64,000 nucleotides of DNA from an uncultured Phycisphaeraceae bacterium (GCA_964527265.1 CAZGOM010000006.1:3259-67258); one strand, 5' to 3'. Numbered from the stretch's first letter, positions 44,167 through 53,510 are shown. Notes: generated by a model from the letters alone, not told the origin. Numbers and translations: made by a program.

Positions 44167-44991
44167 ATGAAGCAACCAACTGTACAAGCGATTGGGCAGG
44201 CGTCGGGAATGAGGCGCACGGAAGTGGGTTGCGTGAGTTTTTTGAATTCCAAGCCGTTGATTGATGGAGCGGAGGCGGTTTTAGGGGGTCCAGTGAGGTT
44301 TGAGGTACCTTCGCGGCTGCTGGATCTGCTGTTGGGTGGGGAGGTGAAGATCGCGCTTTGCCCGGTGATTGATTTCCAGCTTTCGCCGAAAGCGTTGAAA
44401 GTGGTGCCGGTGGGAGGGATCTGCTGCCGGGGCAGAACGCTGACAGTGCGGGTGTTTGGGAGGCGGCCATTGTCGGAGGTAAAGCGGGTTTATGCGGATA
44501 CAGACAGCCACACGAGCGTAAACCTGATGCGGGTGTTGTTCAAGCGCCTGTTTGGGACAGTGCTCCAGGTGCTGCCGCTGAATGAGGCGGGTGCAGCGGA
44601 ACCGGATTGCGTGCTTTTGATTGGGGACAAGGTGGTGACGCGGGAGCCAAGCCGCACGGTGTATCCGCATCAGATGGATTTGGGGGAGGCATGGCACGAG
44701 ATGTCGGGACGGCCGTTTGTGTTTGCGACGTGGCTGGCGCTGGCGGAGACGGAGTTGGGGGATTTACCAGGGAGGCTCAAGGCGTTGCGGGAAGGGAATG
44801 CGGGGCGGATCGATGAGATTGTGAAGGCCTATGCAGGGCCGCTGGGTTGGGATGCAGAGCGGGCCAGGGAGTATCTGGGCGGGCTGCTGCATTATGAGGT
44901 GGGGGAGGCAGAACTGGGCGCGATGGAGGCATTTTGGGGGGAAGCGCATGCATTGGGGTTGATTCCAGCGCTAAGGCCGATGCGGATATGA
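44167..44991 (+). CDS. mqnA: chorismate dehydratase (futalosine-pathway menaquinone biosynthesis)
   Basis: VGCVSFLNSKPLIDG N-terminal signature and periplasmic-binding-protein-like length. The start is ambiguous (44167 or 44209). Confidence 0.72.
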   Translation: MKQPTVQAIGQASGMRRTEVGCVSFLNSKPLIDGAEAVLGGPVRFEVPSRLLDLLLGGEVKIALCPVIDFQLSPKALKVVPVGGICCRGRTLTVRVFGRRPLSEVKRVYADTDSHTSVNLMRVLFKRLFGTVLQVLPLNEAGAAEPDCVLLIGDKVVTREPSRTVYPHQMDLGEAWHEMSGRPFVFATWLALAETELGDLPGRLKALREGNAGRIDEIVKAYAGPLGWDAERAREYLGGLLHYEVGEAELGAMEAFWGEAHALGLIPALRPMRI

Positions 44992-45078
44992 GTGACGGTT
45001 GAGACCAGGAAGCAGGAAATAAACAGACAGGCCGCGCGAGGCGCGGCCTGGGTCTGAATGGTTATGGGGAGATGGAGA

Positions 45079-46983
45079 TTATTCGACCGGTGCAGCGCGC
45101 TCAGAACCCTTGGGTTCATAATTGAGGCGCTGTTGAACTTTCTTGAGTTCGACAAAGTCACGGTCGAGGCGGACGTTGATCGCCTGCTCGAGGATGAGAC
45201 CGATCTGGGGGTTGGAGAGAGTGCCATCCACCATGATTTTGCTAGGGGCCTGAAGGCTGTCGACAGAGAAAACCGCGACGGACATCTGGTCTTCAAGAGG
45301 AACAGCGAAGAGGCGGTCTTTAAAGGGCGCTTTTTCAATGGGGCCTTTGGCGCTCAGGTCTAAGGCCTTGGAGAAGACGGCATCAACGAAGGCTTCGTTC
45401 TGGCCGATCTGCGGCAGGAACGGAACCGTGAATCGACCCTGCTGACGGTTTTTACGGGGGAAGGGGATAAGTTTGATCTCTGTCATGCCCAGGGATTTGG
45501 CATAGGCTTCCATGGAGGGCTGCGCAGCGGCCTTGGCGAGGATGGCTTGCGGGTCCTTCTGAATGAGTTCCCAAGTAGCCAGTTTTTCGGCGTCACGTGC
45601 GACTGCGAGCTTGGCCTTATCAAGACTGGAGGGAACCTGGGCCTTTTGCGCGCCAATGAGGCGAAAGATGTAGCGGGAATGATCAAAGCTGGAGAGAGGA
45701 GCGCTGGGGAGCCCCACCTGCAGGCGCAGAGCGAGGTATGGGTTGTCCTTGGCGGGATCCAGTTCACGGGCGCTCATGACGTAATCGGAGAAGATGGAAT
45801 CGCGGCGTGAAGGGAGGTAGCTGGAAGGAATGCCCTTGAGCGCGCTCAAAGACTTGGAATCAAACCACTGATCACCTTCAATGCGGACGGTGGGGGTGAT
45901 GCCGAATTGGGTTTTGATCTGGTTTAAGACCATCTCAAGAGGGATGGGTTTGAAGCCTTCGGGAAGGACTTTGTAGCCATCCTGGTCGGCAAGGGTTTGA
46001 GTGTTTTGGGCAAGGGCGCTGGCGGCAAAACGGATGATTTTGTCAGCAAGCTCATCTGCTTTTTTGGCCTTCAGATGCTCGCGGATATCACCGGCGACCT
46101 GGTCGTAGGGCTTGTAGACAGGGGCCGCGGGTTGGGTGGCGTTGGGATTTTCGGGCTGGACAGTGAAGAAGGGGATGGTTTTGTGGTTCTTGTCGTAGAA
46201 GTCCTGCATTTCGACTTCGTCGACCTTGACCTTGGAAGAGACGAGGGCACCGGGGACTTCCAGATATTCAATTTGGACGAGAGAGGGTGTTTTGTAACCA
46301 AAGCCGTAGGGCTTGCTCTGGCCGGGAAGGTCGTTTTTGTACTGGTCGAAGAGCTTGGTGAGTTGAGCCTCGGCAATGACGGGCTTGGCGCTGACCGCTT
46401 TTTCGGCGGGGAGAATGACGCCTGTAGCAGTGGCGGTGGAACTAACGTCGTAAACGAGGCGCTGGATCATCGGCTCGCTGAGGCGGCTGGCGTTGCCGCC
46501 GACCTGGCCGTTGACGAGGTTGATATAGGTTTGAACCGCCAGGCCGGATTGCACTGCGTGAATGATTTCCTCAGGGCTCCACTTGCGCTGCGCGGCCAGG
46601 AGTTTCAGCTGGAGTTCGTTGATGCCCAGAGCATTTAACGTTTGATAGGCCTCGGCGGGGCTTGGGTGGATGCCAATGCGGTTTGCCTCAAGCAGGAAAA
46701 GCGTGAAGACTTCGCGCGGCGTTTCACCTAATCCACTTGGGTTCAAGAGGACTTCCGCGTTTTGCGGGTCAGCGATCATGGTGACGATGTCAAAATCGGC
46801 ACCGGCTCTCATTTGCTGGGTGAGCGTGACGGGTTTGCCATGGAGTGAACCGACGATGATTTTGTCGGGATTTTGCTGCGTAAGCATCGGCACGGCGCCT
46901 TCGATGAGGAAGACGACCATGAGGAGAGAGACGCCGACAGCCATGAGCCATTTGTTGTATTTACGGAAGAACTTGAAAGTCAT
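45079..46983 (-). CDS. membrane-anchored PpiD/SurA-like periplasmic chaperone (no clear PPIase core seen)
   Basis: MTFKFFRKYNKWLMAVGVSLLMVVFLIEG anchor and a long helical chaperone-like body. The C-terminal QNEAFVDAVFSKALDL... block resembles PpiD. The start is at the internal Met (top coordinate 46983). Confidence 0.6.
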   Translation of the reverse strand: MTFKFFRKYNKWLMAVGVSLLMVVFLIEGAVPMLTQQNPDKIIVGSLHGKPVTLTQQMRAGADFDIVTMIADPQNAEVLLNPSGLGETPREVFTLFLLEANRIGIHPSPAEAYQTLNALGINELQLKLLAAQRKWSPEEIIHAVQSGLAVQTYINLVNGQVGGNASRLSEPMIQRLVYDVSSTATATGVILPAEKAVSAKPVIAEAQLTKLFDQYKNDLPGQSKPYGFGYKTPSLVQIEYLEVPGALVSSKVKVDEVEMQDFYDKNHKTIPFFTVQPENPNATQPAAPVYKPYDQVAGDIREHLKAKKADELADKIIRFAASALAQNTQTLADQDGYKVLPEGFKPIPLEMVLNQIKTQFGITPTVRIEGDQWFDSKSLSALKGIPSSYLPSRRDSIFSDYVMSARELDPAKDNPYLALRLQVGLPSAPLSSFDHSRYIFRLIGAQKAQVPSSLDKAKLAVARDAEKLATWELIQKDPQAILAKAAAQPSMEAYAKSLGMTEIKLIPFPRKNRQQGRFTVPFLPQIGQNEAFVDAVFSKALDLSAKGPIEKAPFKDRLFAVPLEDQMSVAVFSVDSLQAPSKIMVDGTLSNPQIGLILEQAINVRLDRDFVELKKVQQRLNYEPKGSERAAPVE

Positions 46984-47043
46984 TGAATGCGCAACTCCAT
47001 AAGGCCCGGGGAATGGGTCCGGGCACGGTCGAGCAAGTATACC

Positions 47044-47076
47044 GGGTATCGGGTTTCGGGTCGCGGGTTTCGGGTG
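47044..47076 (+). repeat. G3-tract heptad array GGGTATC GGGTTTC GGGTCGC GGGTTTC GGGTGAA
   Basis: Read directly. It has five GGG runs at exact 7-nt spacing, in the 119-nt gap between two minus-strand genes. Confidence 0.85.
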
Positions 47077-47102
47077 AAGAGACAAAGGGTACGGACGGAT
47101 AA

Positions 47103-47804
47103 TCAGCGGGGAATGTTGTGCTGGGTCAGGAGCGGGGGAAGAATTTTGTTGAAGTGGTCGGTGATTTGATCGAGCCAGGTCTGGCCTTTTTCGATGGAGG
47201 CTTCGGAAGGCGGGGTTCTGCTGTTGAAGTGGCCGAGTTTGTCGGCGTGTTCGGGGCGGATGTTGTGAAGGCGGGTTTCGAATCCGAGGACGAGCATCAT
47301 GGAGGTTTCGTAAGTACCGCCGTGGTCGATGCGGGGGATGACGTCCTGCTCGTCGAAAGCGATGGCGGTGGCGCCGTTTTCAGGCTTGAAGTTCCGAACG
47401 ACTTCCTTGACGACCTTGCCCTGATAATTGGGGAAATGGCCGGAGTTGAGGATGATGATTTTAAAGCCGATGAGGTCGAGCCCGTCGATGAGGTCTTCAA
47501 CAAGCATGCGGAGGGTTTCCTCACGGAGGTAGAAGTCGTTGATGTCGCGTTGCATTTTGCGGGCTGTGGCGCGGTCGGGGTTGAAGGGGGTGTGGATGCC
47601 GGCGATGTGGATGGGGGGAAGGATGACCCCGCCGAAACGCTTGGCGAGGTGGGCGTTCTGAGCGTTTGCCTTGAAGGTGTCGAGGCCCCAGGGGAGGTGC
47701 TCGCCGTGGCGCTCAAGCGGGCCAAGGGAGACCCAGGCGATGGGGCATTGGGTGATAGCCTGGTTGAGTTCGGATCCGAAGAGGTATTCGAAGCGTTGTT
47801 CCAT
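47103..47804 (-). CDS. creatininase (creatinine amidohydrolase/MftE/ArfB) family protein
   Basis: WVSLGPLERHGEHLPWGLDT matches the family G..E.HG.HLP...D metal-site block. The start is at the internal Met MEQRFEYLF. Confidence 0.7.
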   Translation of the reverse strand: MEQRFEYLFGSELNQAITQCPIAWVSLGPLERHGEHLPWGLDTFKANAQNAHLAKRFGGVILPPIHIAGIHTPFNPDRATARKMQRDINDFYLREETLRMLVEDLIDGLDLIGFKIIILNSGHFPNYQGKVVKEVVRNFKPENGATAIAFDEQDVIPRIDHGGTYETSMMLVLGFETRLHNIRPEHADKLGHFNSRTPPSEASIEKGQTWLDQITDHFNKILPPLLTQHNIPR

Positions 47805-47805
47805 G

Positions 47806-47850
47806 GGAGACGGGTTCCGGGGTTCGGGGACGGATTCCGGGTGAAGAGTT
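47806..47850 (+). repeat. G-tract array GGGAGAC GGGTTCC GGGGTTC GGGGACGGATTCC GGGTGAAGAG
   Basis: Read directly (coordinates +/-2). It abuts the start codon of 47103..47804. Confidence 0.75.
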
Positions 47851-47875
47851 AAGAGCGGAGGAGAGAAGATAAATG

Positions 47876-48199
47876 TCAGTTGGTGTGGAAGACTTCCTGC
47901 ATGTTGGCCCACCATTCGCCGGGCTTTCGGGTTTCAAGGGGCTGCTGACAGGGCTCGCAGTGGGACCACCATTCCTGGGTGGTTTTGTCGGCGGCGATCT
48001 TGGCCATGTCGGCATCGAAATTCGTGCCGATGTATTCAAAGTAGGCGAAGAGGAAGCCATCGTGGTGGAAGATGGTGTAGTTTCGGATGTTGGCTTCGTG
48101 GATCATTTTGAGCACGGCAGGCCATGTATTGGCGTGGAGTTTGACGTATTCGTCGTATTTTTCGGGGCGGAGTTTGATGACTTGGCCGTAGCGTTTCAT
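47876..48199 (-). CDS. rhaM: L-rhamnose mutarotase family protein
   Basis: 107 aa: MKRYGQVIKLRPEKYDEYVKLHANTWPAVLKMIHEANIRNYTIF...EWWANMQEVFH is the RhaM signature architecture. Confidence 0.85.
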   Translation of the reverse strand: MKRYGQVIKLRPEKYDEYVKLHANTWPAVLKMIHEANIRNYTIFHHDGFLFAYFEYIGTNFDADMAKIAADKTTQEWWSHCEPCQQPLETRKPGEWWANMQEVFHTN

Positions 48200-48225
48200 G
48201 GGGTGTCCTGGGGGTTGGGTGAAAA

Positions 48226-49143
48226 TCAGCCTTCGGTGATGAGGGGGACGACGGGGCGGTTGGTTGGTTTGTGTTTGATGCCGTAGAGGCGGGCGGCGTT
48301 TTCGCCGAGGATGAGTTCTTTTTCTCGGGGGGTGAAGGATTTGGAGTCACGGAGGAAGTCGAGGCTTTGGCGGTAGGTGAAATCAACCATTGTGCGGGGC
48401 CAGTCGGAGCCCCACATGATTTTCTCAGGGCCGATGCGTTTGATGGCTTCGCGGAGCTTTTTCTGTGCTTCCTTGAAGGGGAAGCCTTCTGAGCGGTAGA
48501 GCCAGACAATGCCACCGGTTTCGATGTAGACATTTTCGTATTTACAAAGGTCGAGTTGGCCGGGCCAACCGTCGCGGTTTGGCATGCCGAAGTGACCGAT
48601 GGCGACGGGGAGGTGGGGGAATTGGTCGAGGACGCGTTTTAAGGCGGGGACTTGCTTGGTGCCGGAGGAGAGGTCGATGGCAAGGACGAGGGCGTAGGCT
48701 TCCATGCAGTCGTAGATGGGCATGAGGCGTTTGTCGTCGAGGAGGATCTGGTCACCGAAGTGTCCGGCCGGGAATTTGAGACCTTTGAAGCCTTTGTCGA
48801 AGAGGCGGAGGGATTGCTTGGCGACAGTATCGGTTTTGAAAAAGTCGGGGAGGGCGTGGACGAAGAACCGTCCGGGGTATTTGGCCATGGTGTCCAGGCC
48901 GTAGTTGTTTTGTTCGCCGTCCATGTTTTCCTGTACGACGATACCAGTGTCAACGCCAGCGGCGTCGAATTCGGCCAGGACGTACTCGGCAAGTGCTTTG
49001 CAGTCGTGAAGATAGGCGGGCATGCCGAGGAATTTTTTATCGCCGATTTTGACGACGCCGTCGGCGACGGCACGGAGGGGGATCTTGTTTTGGATCTTGC
49101 CGTGGAGCTTGTTCCAGATGTGCATGTGTGCGTCGATGATCAT
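48226..49143 (-). CDS. amidohydrolase-2 family protein (sugar-lactonase-like, COG3618 type)
   Basis: MIIDAHMHIW metal-binding start, later HFG and WGSDWP blocks. Confidence 0.82.
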   Translation of the reverse strand: MIIDAHMHIWNKLHGKIQNKIPLRAVADGVVKIGDKKFLGMPAYLHDCKALAEYVLAEFDAAGVDTGIVVQENMDGEQNNYGLDTMAKYPGRFFVHALPDFFKTDTVAKQSLRLFDKGFKGLKFPAGHFGDQILLDDKRLMPIYDCMEAYALVLAIDLSSGTKQVPALKRVLDQFPHLPVAIGHFGMPNRDGWPGQLDLCKYENVYIETGGIVWLYRSEGFPFKEAQKKLREAIKRIGPEKIMWGSDWPRTMVDFTYRQSLDFLRDSKSFTPREKELILGENAARLYGIKHKPTNRPVVPLITEG

Positions 49144-49221
49144 GGGGGCTCCGGGAAGAAAGGTAAAAGTGATAAGGAATAAGGTACAAGGAAGAGAGAG
49201 GAAAGGAAGAAGGAAAATGCT

Positions 49222-50298
49222 TTAGTCGGGCAATGGTGTGCCGCCGGAAGCGTCGGAGATGAAGCAGGCCTCGACGAGGCTCATGGTCTGATAGGCGTCT
49301 TCAAAATTGGTATGGAGGGTTTCGTCTTCTCCGGCGAGGTAGCGGTGGAGATTTGAGAAGATGCCGGTGAAGGCGTCGGGGAACCAGTTGCCGGCCATGG
49401 GGAGATTGGTCCAGGATTGGCCTTGGGTGATAATCTGGAGCTCGTCGGGCTCGCCGGTGGGGTAATTGAGATTGACGCCTAGTTTGGCGAAGGCGGCACC
49501 CTTGGAACCGACGACGCGGAAGGTGCACCAGGTGTGGTCGGGGCCGAAGGGGAAGCAGTGATTTAAGGTCAGGGAACAGCGCGGATTTTCGCCATAATTA
49601 AGGATAATTGAGCTTTTGCCGTGCGGGACTTTGGGGGCGTCGGGGTGTTTGATGGTGCGGGCGTAGACGCCGATGGGGTTTCCGGCGATGGCGCGGATGG
49701 CGTCGAGGTAATGGATGGAGTGGACGAGTATTTCGCCGCGCTTAAGTTTTTCTAGGAATGGCCATAAACCCCAGGGGGTATAGAGGTTAAGAGACATGTC
49801 GATATCAGTTACATCGCCTAAGAGGCCTTTGGCGATGGCGTCACGGATGGCGAGCATATTGGGTGAAAAGCGGAGCTGGAAGTTTACGCAAGCGAGGTGT
49901 TTGCGAAGACGGCAGAGATCGCGGATTTTGCGTGCTTCGGCGAGGTCTCGGCCCATGGGTTTCTGGATGATGACGGCGGAGCCGGGGTTTAAGCCTTCAA
50001 GTAAGCCGAGAATGAACTCCGGGGGAACAGCGATGTCGTAGACGGCGTTTGGCACTTTTGCAGCGTCGGCGAGGGAGGGATAGACGTTTGGGATGCCCCA
50101 TTTGGCGGCGGTGGCTTTGGCGCGGTCGAGGCTGACGTCGTAGAGGCCGATGACGGGGATGCCGGCTTTTTTGTAGGCGGGCATGTGAGCGTCGTTGACG
50201 ATGCCGCCGGCGCCGAGGATGACGACGGGGCGGGGATTTGAGGGGAGGGGCCAGGTTTGCTGGAGGGAAAGGAGGGGATTGGGCGTTGAACTGGTCAT
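49222..50298 (-). CDS. Gfo/Idh/MocA family oxidoreductase
   Basis: VVILGAGGIVNDAHMPAY Rossmann motif and IIQKPM (EKP-like) motif. Confidence 0.85.
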   Translation of the reverse strand: MTSSTPNPLLSLQQTWPLPSNPRPVVILGAGGIVNDAHMPAYKKAGIPVIGLYDVSLDRAKATAAKWGIPNVYPSLADAAKVPNAVYDIAVPPEFILGLLEGLNPGSAVIIQKPMGRDLAEARKIRDLCRLRKHLACVNFQLRFSPNMLAIRDAIAKGLLGDVTDIDMSLNLYTPWGLWPFLEKLKRGEILVHSIHYLDAIRAIAGNPIGVYARTIKHPDAPKVPHGKSSIILNYGENPRCSLTLNHCFPFGPDHTWCTFRVVGSKGAAFAKLGVNLNYPTGEPDELQIITQGQSWTNLPMAGNWFPDAFTGIFSNLHRYLAGEDETLHTNFEDAYQTMSLVEACFISDASGGTPLPD

Positions 50299-50406
50299 GA
50301 GAGGTTCCGGATTTGGGCAATGAGTTTTGGATGAAGAAGGATTGGTTATACCTTGCGGGGCTAGAATGGGGGAGGCGGTTGCGGGAGCGCCTTAAAGGAG
50401 CATGCC

Positions 50407-50898
50407 ATGAGTCAGCAGCCGACTGATCTCGAATACAATTTGAGCTATGAGCCAGTAAGGAATGTGCAATTCAACATATTCCTGGATAACCGGGTGGGAA
50501 AGCTTTACGAACTGCTGAGTATTTTTGAGAATCAGGCGTTGTGCGTGGCGGGTTTGTGCGTGATTGATACCTCAGACTGCGCGATTGCGCGGGTGTTGAC
50601 GTCGCGTTCGGAATTGGCGCGGCGGTTACTGGGGCGGGCGAAGATGGCGTTCAGCGAGTCGCCGGTGATTGTGGTGGAGGTGCCGCCGGACCACACGCTG
50701 CCGGGATTATGCCGCGCGCTGCTTTCGGCGGAGTTGAGCATTAAGTACGTGTATCCGCTTTTGGTGAGTCCGCATGGGAAAAACGCGGTGGCGGTGCAGT
50801 GCGATGACCACACGCTGGCGATTGAGCTGTTATTGAAAAAGCAGTTTGTGCTGCTGGGGGAGAATGATTTGGGGGAGAATCTTAATCCAGGGGAATAG
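50407..50898 (+). CDS. ACT-domain-like small regulatory protein (tentative)
   Basis: Two ~70-aa halves with the ACT-like pattern (FNIFLDNRVGKLYELLSIFENQALCVAGL and VVVEVPPDHTLPGLCRALLSAELSIKYVY). Confidence 0.5.
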   Translation: MSQQPTDLEYNLSYEPVRNVQFNIFLDNRVGKLYELLSIFENQALCVAGLCVIDTSDCAIARVLTSRSELARRLLGRAKMAFSESPVIVVEVPPDHTLPGLCRALLSAELSIKYVYPLLVSPHGKNAVAVQCDDHTLAIELLLKKQFVLLGENDLGENLNPGE

Positions 50899-50998
50899 AG
50901 GTGGGGGTAAGACGGAGAGAGAAGCAAGGACGTCTTGAGGGCCGGGGCCGGGATTGGCGGTTGATGTCCAGAGGAACGTCTACAGCGTGACTCCTGAT

Positions 50999-51745
50999 TT
51001 AGTACCAGCCTTTATGGGAGGAGTCATTGACGTCAAGGATCCAAAGGTCGTCGCGCATGCCTTTGGAGAGAGCTTGAACGTGGCCATCGACAAAGAGGAT
51101 GTTGGCGATCTGGTTGTGGCCGCGTTTGCGTGTGGGGTGGTTGAGGGAGCCATCGAGGGTGGAGAAGGCTGGGGTGTAGAAAGAGTAGATGGTGTAATCG
51201 GCGACAAGAAAGAGGACGCTGGGGCTGATCTGGAGATTGGTCATGGTGCGGCGCATGCGCCAGACGGAAGCGGATTCCTGGCCGGAAGGGTAGTTGGCCA
51301 AATCGGTGGTGGGGAGGCCGGAGGTAAGGACGAGGTTCATGCCGTAGTGGCCGGAGTTGAGGGCATTGCCGGCTTTATCGAGGGTGGATTGGGGACAGCG
51401 GAAGCCCTTGATGACGACATCGACTGAGTTTGTCTGGTTTGCAGAGGCATCGAGGGCGGAGCCGTCCCATCCGCCCATGTAGGGAGCGAGATGGACCATC
51501 CAGCCGGCGGCGTTGCGGTAGAAGTAGGGGAAGGCGCTCTGGCGGTCGTTGACGGAGTAGGCGGTGGTGGCAATGCCCTGTTGACGGAGATTGGCGGCGC
51601 AGAGCTGGATGCGGGTCTGGAAGCGGGCTTGGTTTAAGGAGGGGAGGATCAGGGCGATCAGGACGGCCATGATGGCGATGACGACTAGAAGTTCGACAAG
51701 GGTAAAAGCGGTACGGCGGGGGAAACATGACATGGGTGGTAGCAT
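50999..51745 (-). CDS. prepilin-type N-terminal cleavage/methylation domain protein (DUF1559-like)
   Basis: RRTAFTLVELLVVIAIMAVLIALILPSLNQARFQTRIQLC. Confidence 0.9.
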   Translation of the reverse strand: MLPPMSCFPRRTAFTLVELLVVIAIMAVLIALILPSLNQARFQTRIQLCAANLRQQGIATTAYSVNDRQSAFPYFYRNAAGWMVHLAPYMGGWDGSALDASANQTNSVDVVIKGFRCPQSTLDKAGNALNSGHYGMNLVLTSGLPTTDLANYPSGQESASVWRMRRTMTNLQISPSVLFLVADYTIYSFYTPAFSTLDGSLNHPTRKRGHNQIANILFVDGHVQALSKGMRDDLWILDVNDSSHKGWY

Positions 51746-52060
51746 GGGGGGCTCGGCGAAAAGGGACGAAATGAACTGTTAGGAACCGGTTTTCATGATA
51801 GGTGGGGGGTGGGTGTGGTGGAAGCAGAAACCGGTGTACCTGTGTACTGAGATGTGACATTCAAAGGTTTATTAGGTGACTACCTTTGCGCAGTTTTGCG
51901 AATTTGACATAAAAATAGACATTTTCGATCCTGGGGGCCTGAAGAGGCGGGATTTGGAGATATATAAGGGGCGCGGTCGATAATGGGGTAGACGTGGAAA
52001 GAACAGGGGGCGACGACATTGGCAGGACGGTCAAATGGTTTGCCGGGTGAAAGGAATCCC

Positions 52061-52765
52061 ATGACGCTTTACTACGACGATCAGGAAGAACTGCATGGAG
52101 ACGTGACGGCAGATGACTGGGCGCATGAAGGGGTGGGGAAAATCGAGGGAACCGGGGACCGGCGGGGCATAGATCTGGTGTGTCTTGGGTCCAAGCAGGG
52201 AGCGCGGGGGTGCATGGCATTTTTTCGTCATGCGCTGCCGGACCAGATTGCCGTGAGCTATGAACTCACCGTGCATTCGCAAGCAGGGCTGGTGATCAAC
52301 TACCTGGCAATGCGGGGGATCAACGGGGAGAGCGTGCTTGATCCCACGTCAGGGCTGCCGGCGCGGGATGGGATCATGGCGAATTACTGGGCCAGCGAAT
52401 TTGGCCTGCAGAGCTATCACCTGTCATTCACACGCTACAACGACAAAGGCGTGCATACCGGGACGGCCAACATCCGGCGCAACCCGGGAGGACTGCTCGT
52501 GGGGCATGGCGTGGACCCGGTGCGGGAGGTGGGGCGGGCTTTCAAGCTCCGCATCACCAAAGACCGTGGGGCTGTGCAACTGTTTGTGGATGGGGTGCTG
52601 GCGATGGCTTGCGTGGACCACGCGACGAACCTGGGGCCGATCCCCGATGGCGGGCATTTCGGCTTCAGGTTGGTGGGAGATGATGTGAGGGTGACGGTGA
52701 AGGATTTTTGTGTGAAGAAGATCGCTGCGGCAAGTGTGTGGACGCCGTGGGTGATGAAGGGGTGA
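52061..52765 (+). CDS. DUF1961 (YesU-like, concanavalin-like fold) family protein (tentative)
   Basis: HLSFTRYNDKG...ANIRRNPGGLLV...GHFGFRLVGDDVRVTVKDF resembles the YesU-like pattern. ATG at 52061, preceded by CCC. Confidence 0.5.
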   Translation: MTLYYDDQEELHGDVTADDWAHEGVGKIEGTGDRRGIDLVCLGSKQGARGCMAFFRHALPDQIAVSYELTVHSQAGLVINYLAMRGINGESVLDPTSGLPARDGIMANYWASEFGLQSYHLSFTRYNDKGVHTGTANIRRNPGGLLVGHGVDPVREVGRAFKLRITKDRGAVQLFVDGVLAMACVDHATNLGPIPDGGHFGFRLVGDDVRVTVKDFCVKKIAAASVWTPWVMKG

Positions 52766-52826
52766 TTTTAGTTCGGGGCGCAGGGCAGGGTAAAAGCATT
52801 TGGAGGAATAGGTGGCATGTGCACCC

Positions 52827-52856
52827 GGGTTATCGGGTGGTCGGGTTGTCGGGGGG
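52827..52856 (+). repeat. G3-tract octad array GGGTTATC GGGTGGTC GGGTTGTC GGGGGG
   Basis: Read directly, between convergent genes. Confidence 0.8.
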
Positions 52857-53009
52857 CTTCGAAAACGCTGACTCTGTTGAAGATCAATGCCCTTGTGCGA
52901 CCTGAAATAAGCCGTGTGTGCTTCTCAAGGACACGCGGCAACCCGATACCCTCACCCGAGTGCGTGGGCCAACTCAAATGCTTTTACCCTGGGGCGCAGG
53001 GGAAGCTGA

Positions 53010-53510
53010 TCAAAGGAGCGGCAGACCGACGGCGCGGCGCCAGACCATGAGCTGGCCCAGGTGTTGGGCTTCGTGAATGAGCATGAGATAAACCAGGGTT
53101 TGGGCGGAATCGGGAAAAGCGTGAGACCAGCGCTCCAAGCCGGGGGGCTGGGCCAGGAGGTTGGGGGACACCTGTCGGAGCGCGGTTTCAACTTGCGCGT
53201 GACCGTGGGAATAGAGCGCCAAGAGTGCTTCTTTGGAGCGATAGCAGGTGGGGTCATCTATGGGGGTGGAGCCTTCATCGTAGATGGAGGCGTCGACTGC
53301 GAGGGCGGGGTCATCGACGCTTTGACCCTGTGCGAGAGAAAGGATGGCGGGGTGATAGAAAATCAAATGAGAGAGCGTCCAGGCGGGATGGTTGACGACG
53401 CCCGGGGATTGACGGGTCATAAGAGAAGGATCGGCATCCGCGAGAAGGGCGCGTGCAATGGTGTGGTTTTTACGCCAGCCTGCGAGAAGAAGATCGCTGA
53501 TGGAAGTCAT
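53010..53510 (-). CDS. DinB family protein
   Basis: 166 aa with a four-helix DinB-like pattern and His ligands (NHPAWTLSHLIFYH ... LIHEAQHLGQL). Confidence 0.72.
   Translation of the reverse strand: MTSISDLLLAGWRKNHTIARALLADADPSLMTRQSPGVVNHPAWTLSHLIFYHPAILSLAQGQSVDDPALAVDASIYDEGSTPIDDPTCYRSKEALLALYSHGHAQVETALRQVSPNLLAQPPGLERWSHAFPDSAQTLVYLMLIHEAQHLGQLMVWRRAVGLPLL

Noticed and set aside
47072-47080. Recurrent GGGTGAAGA (47072, ~47840, 54165) as an independent regulatory motif.
   Set aside because: Its distance to the start codons varies (about 40-90 nt). In one case it simply falls in a promoter spacer. I treat it as part of the G-array repeat tail rather than as a separate site.
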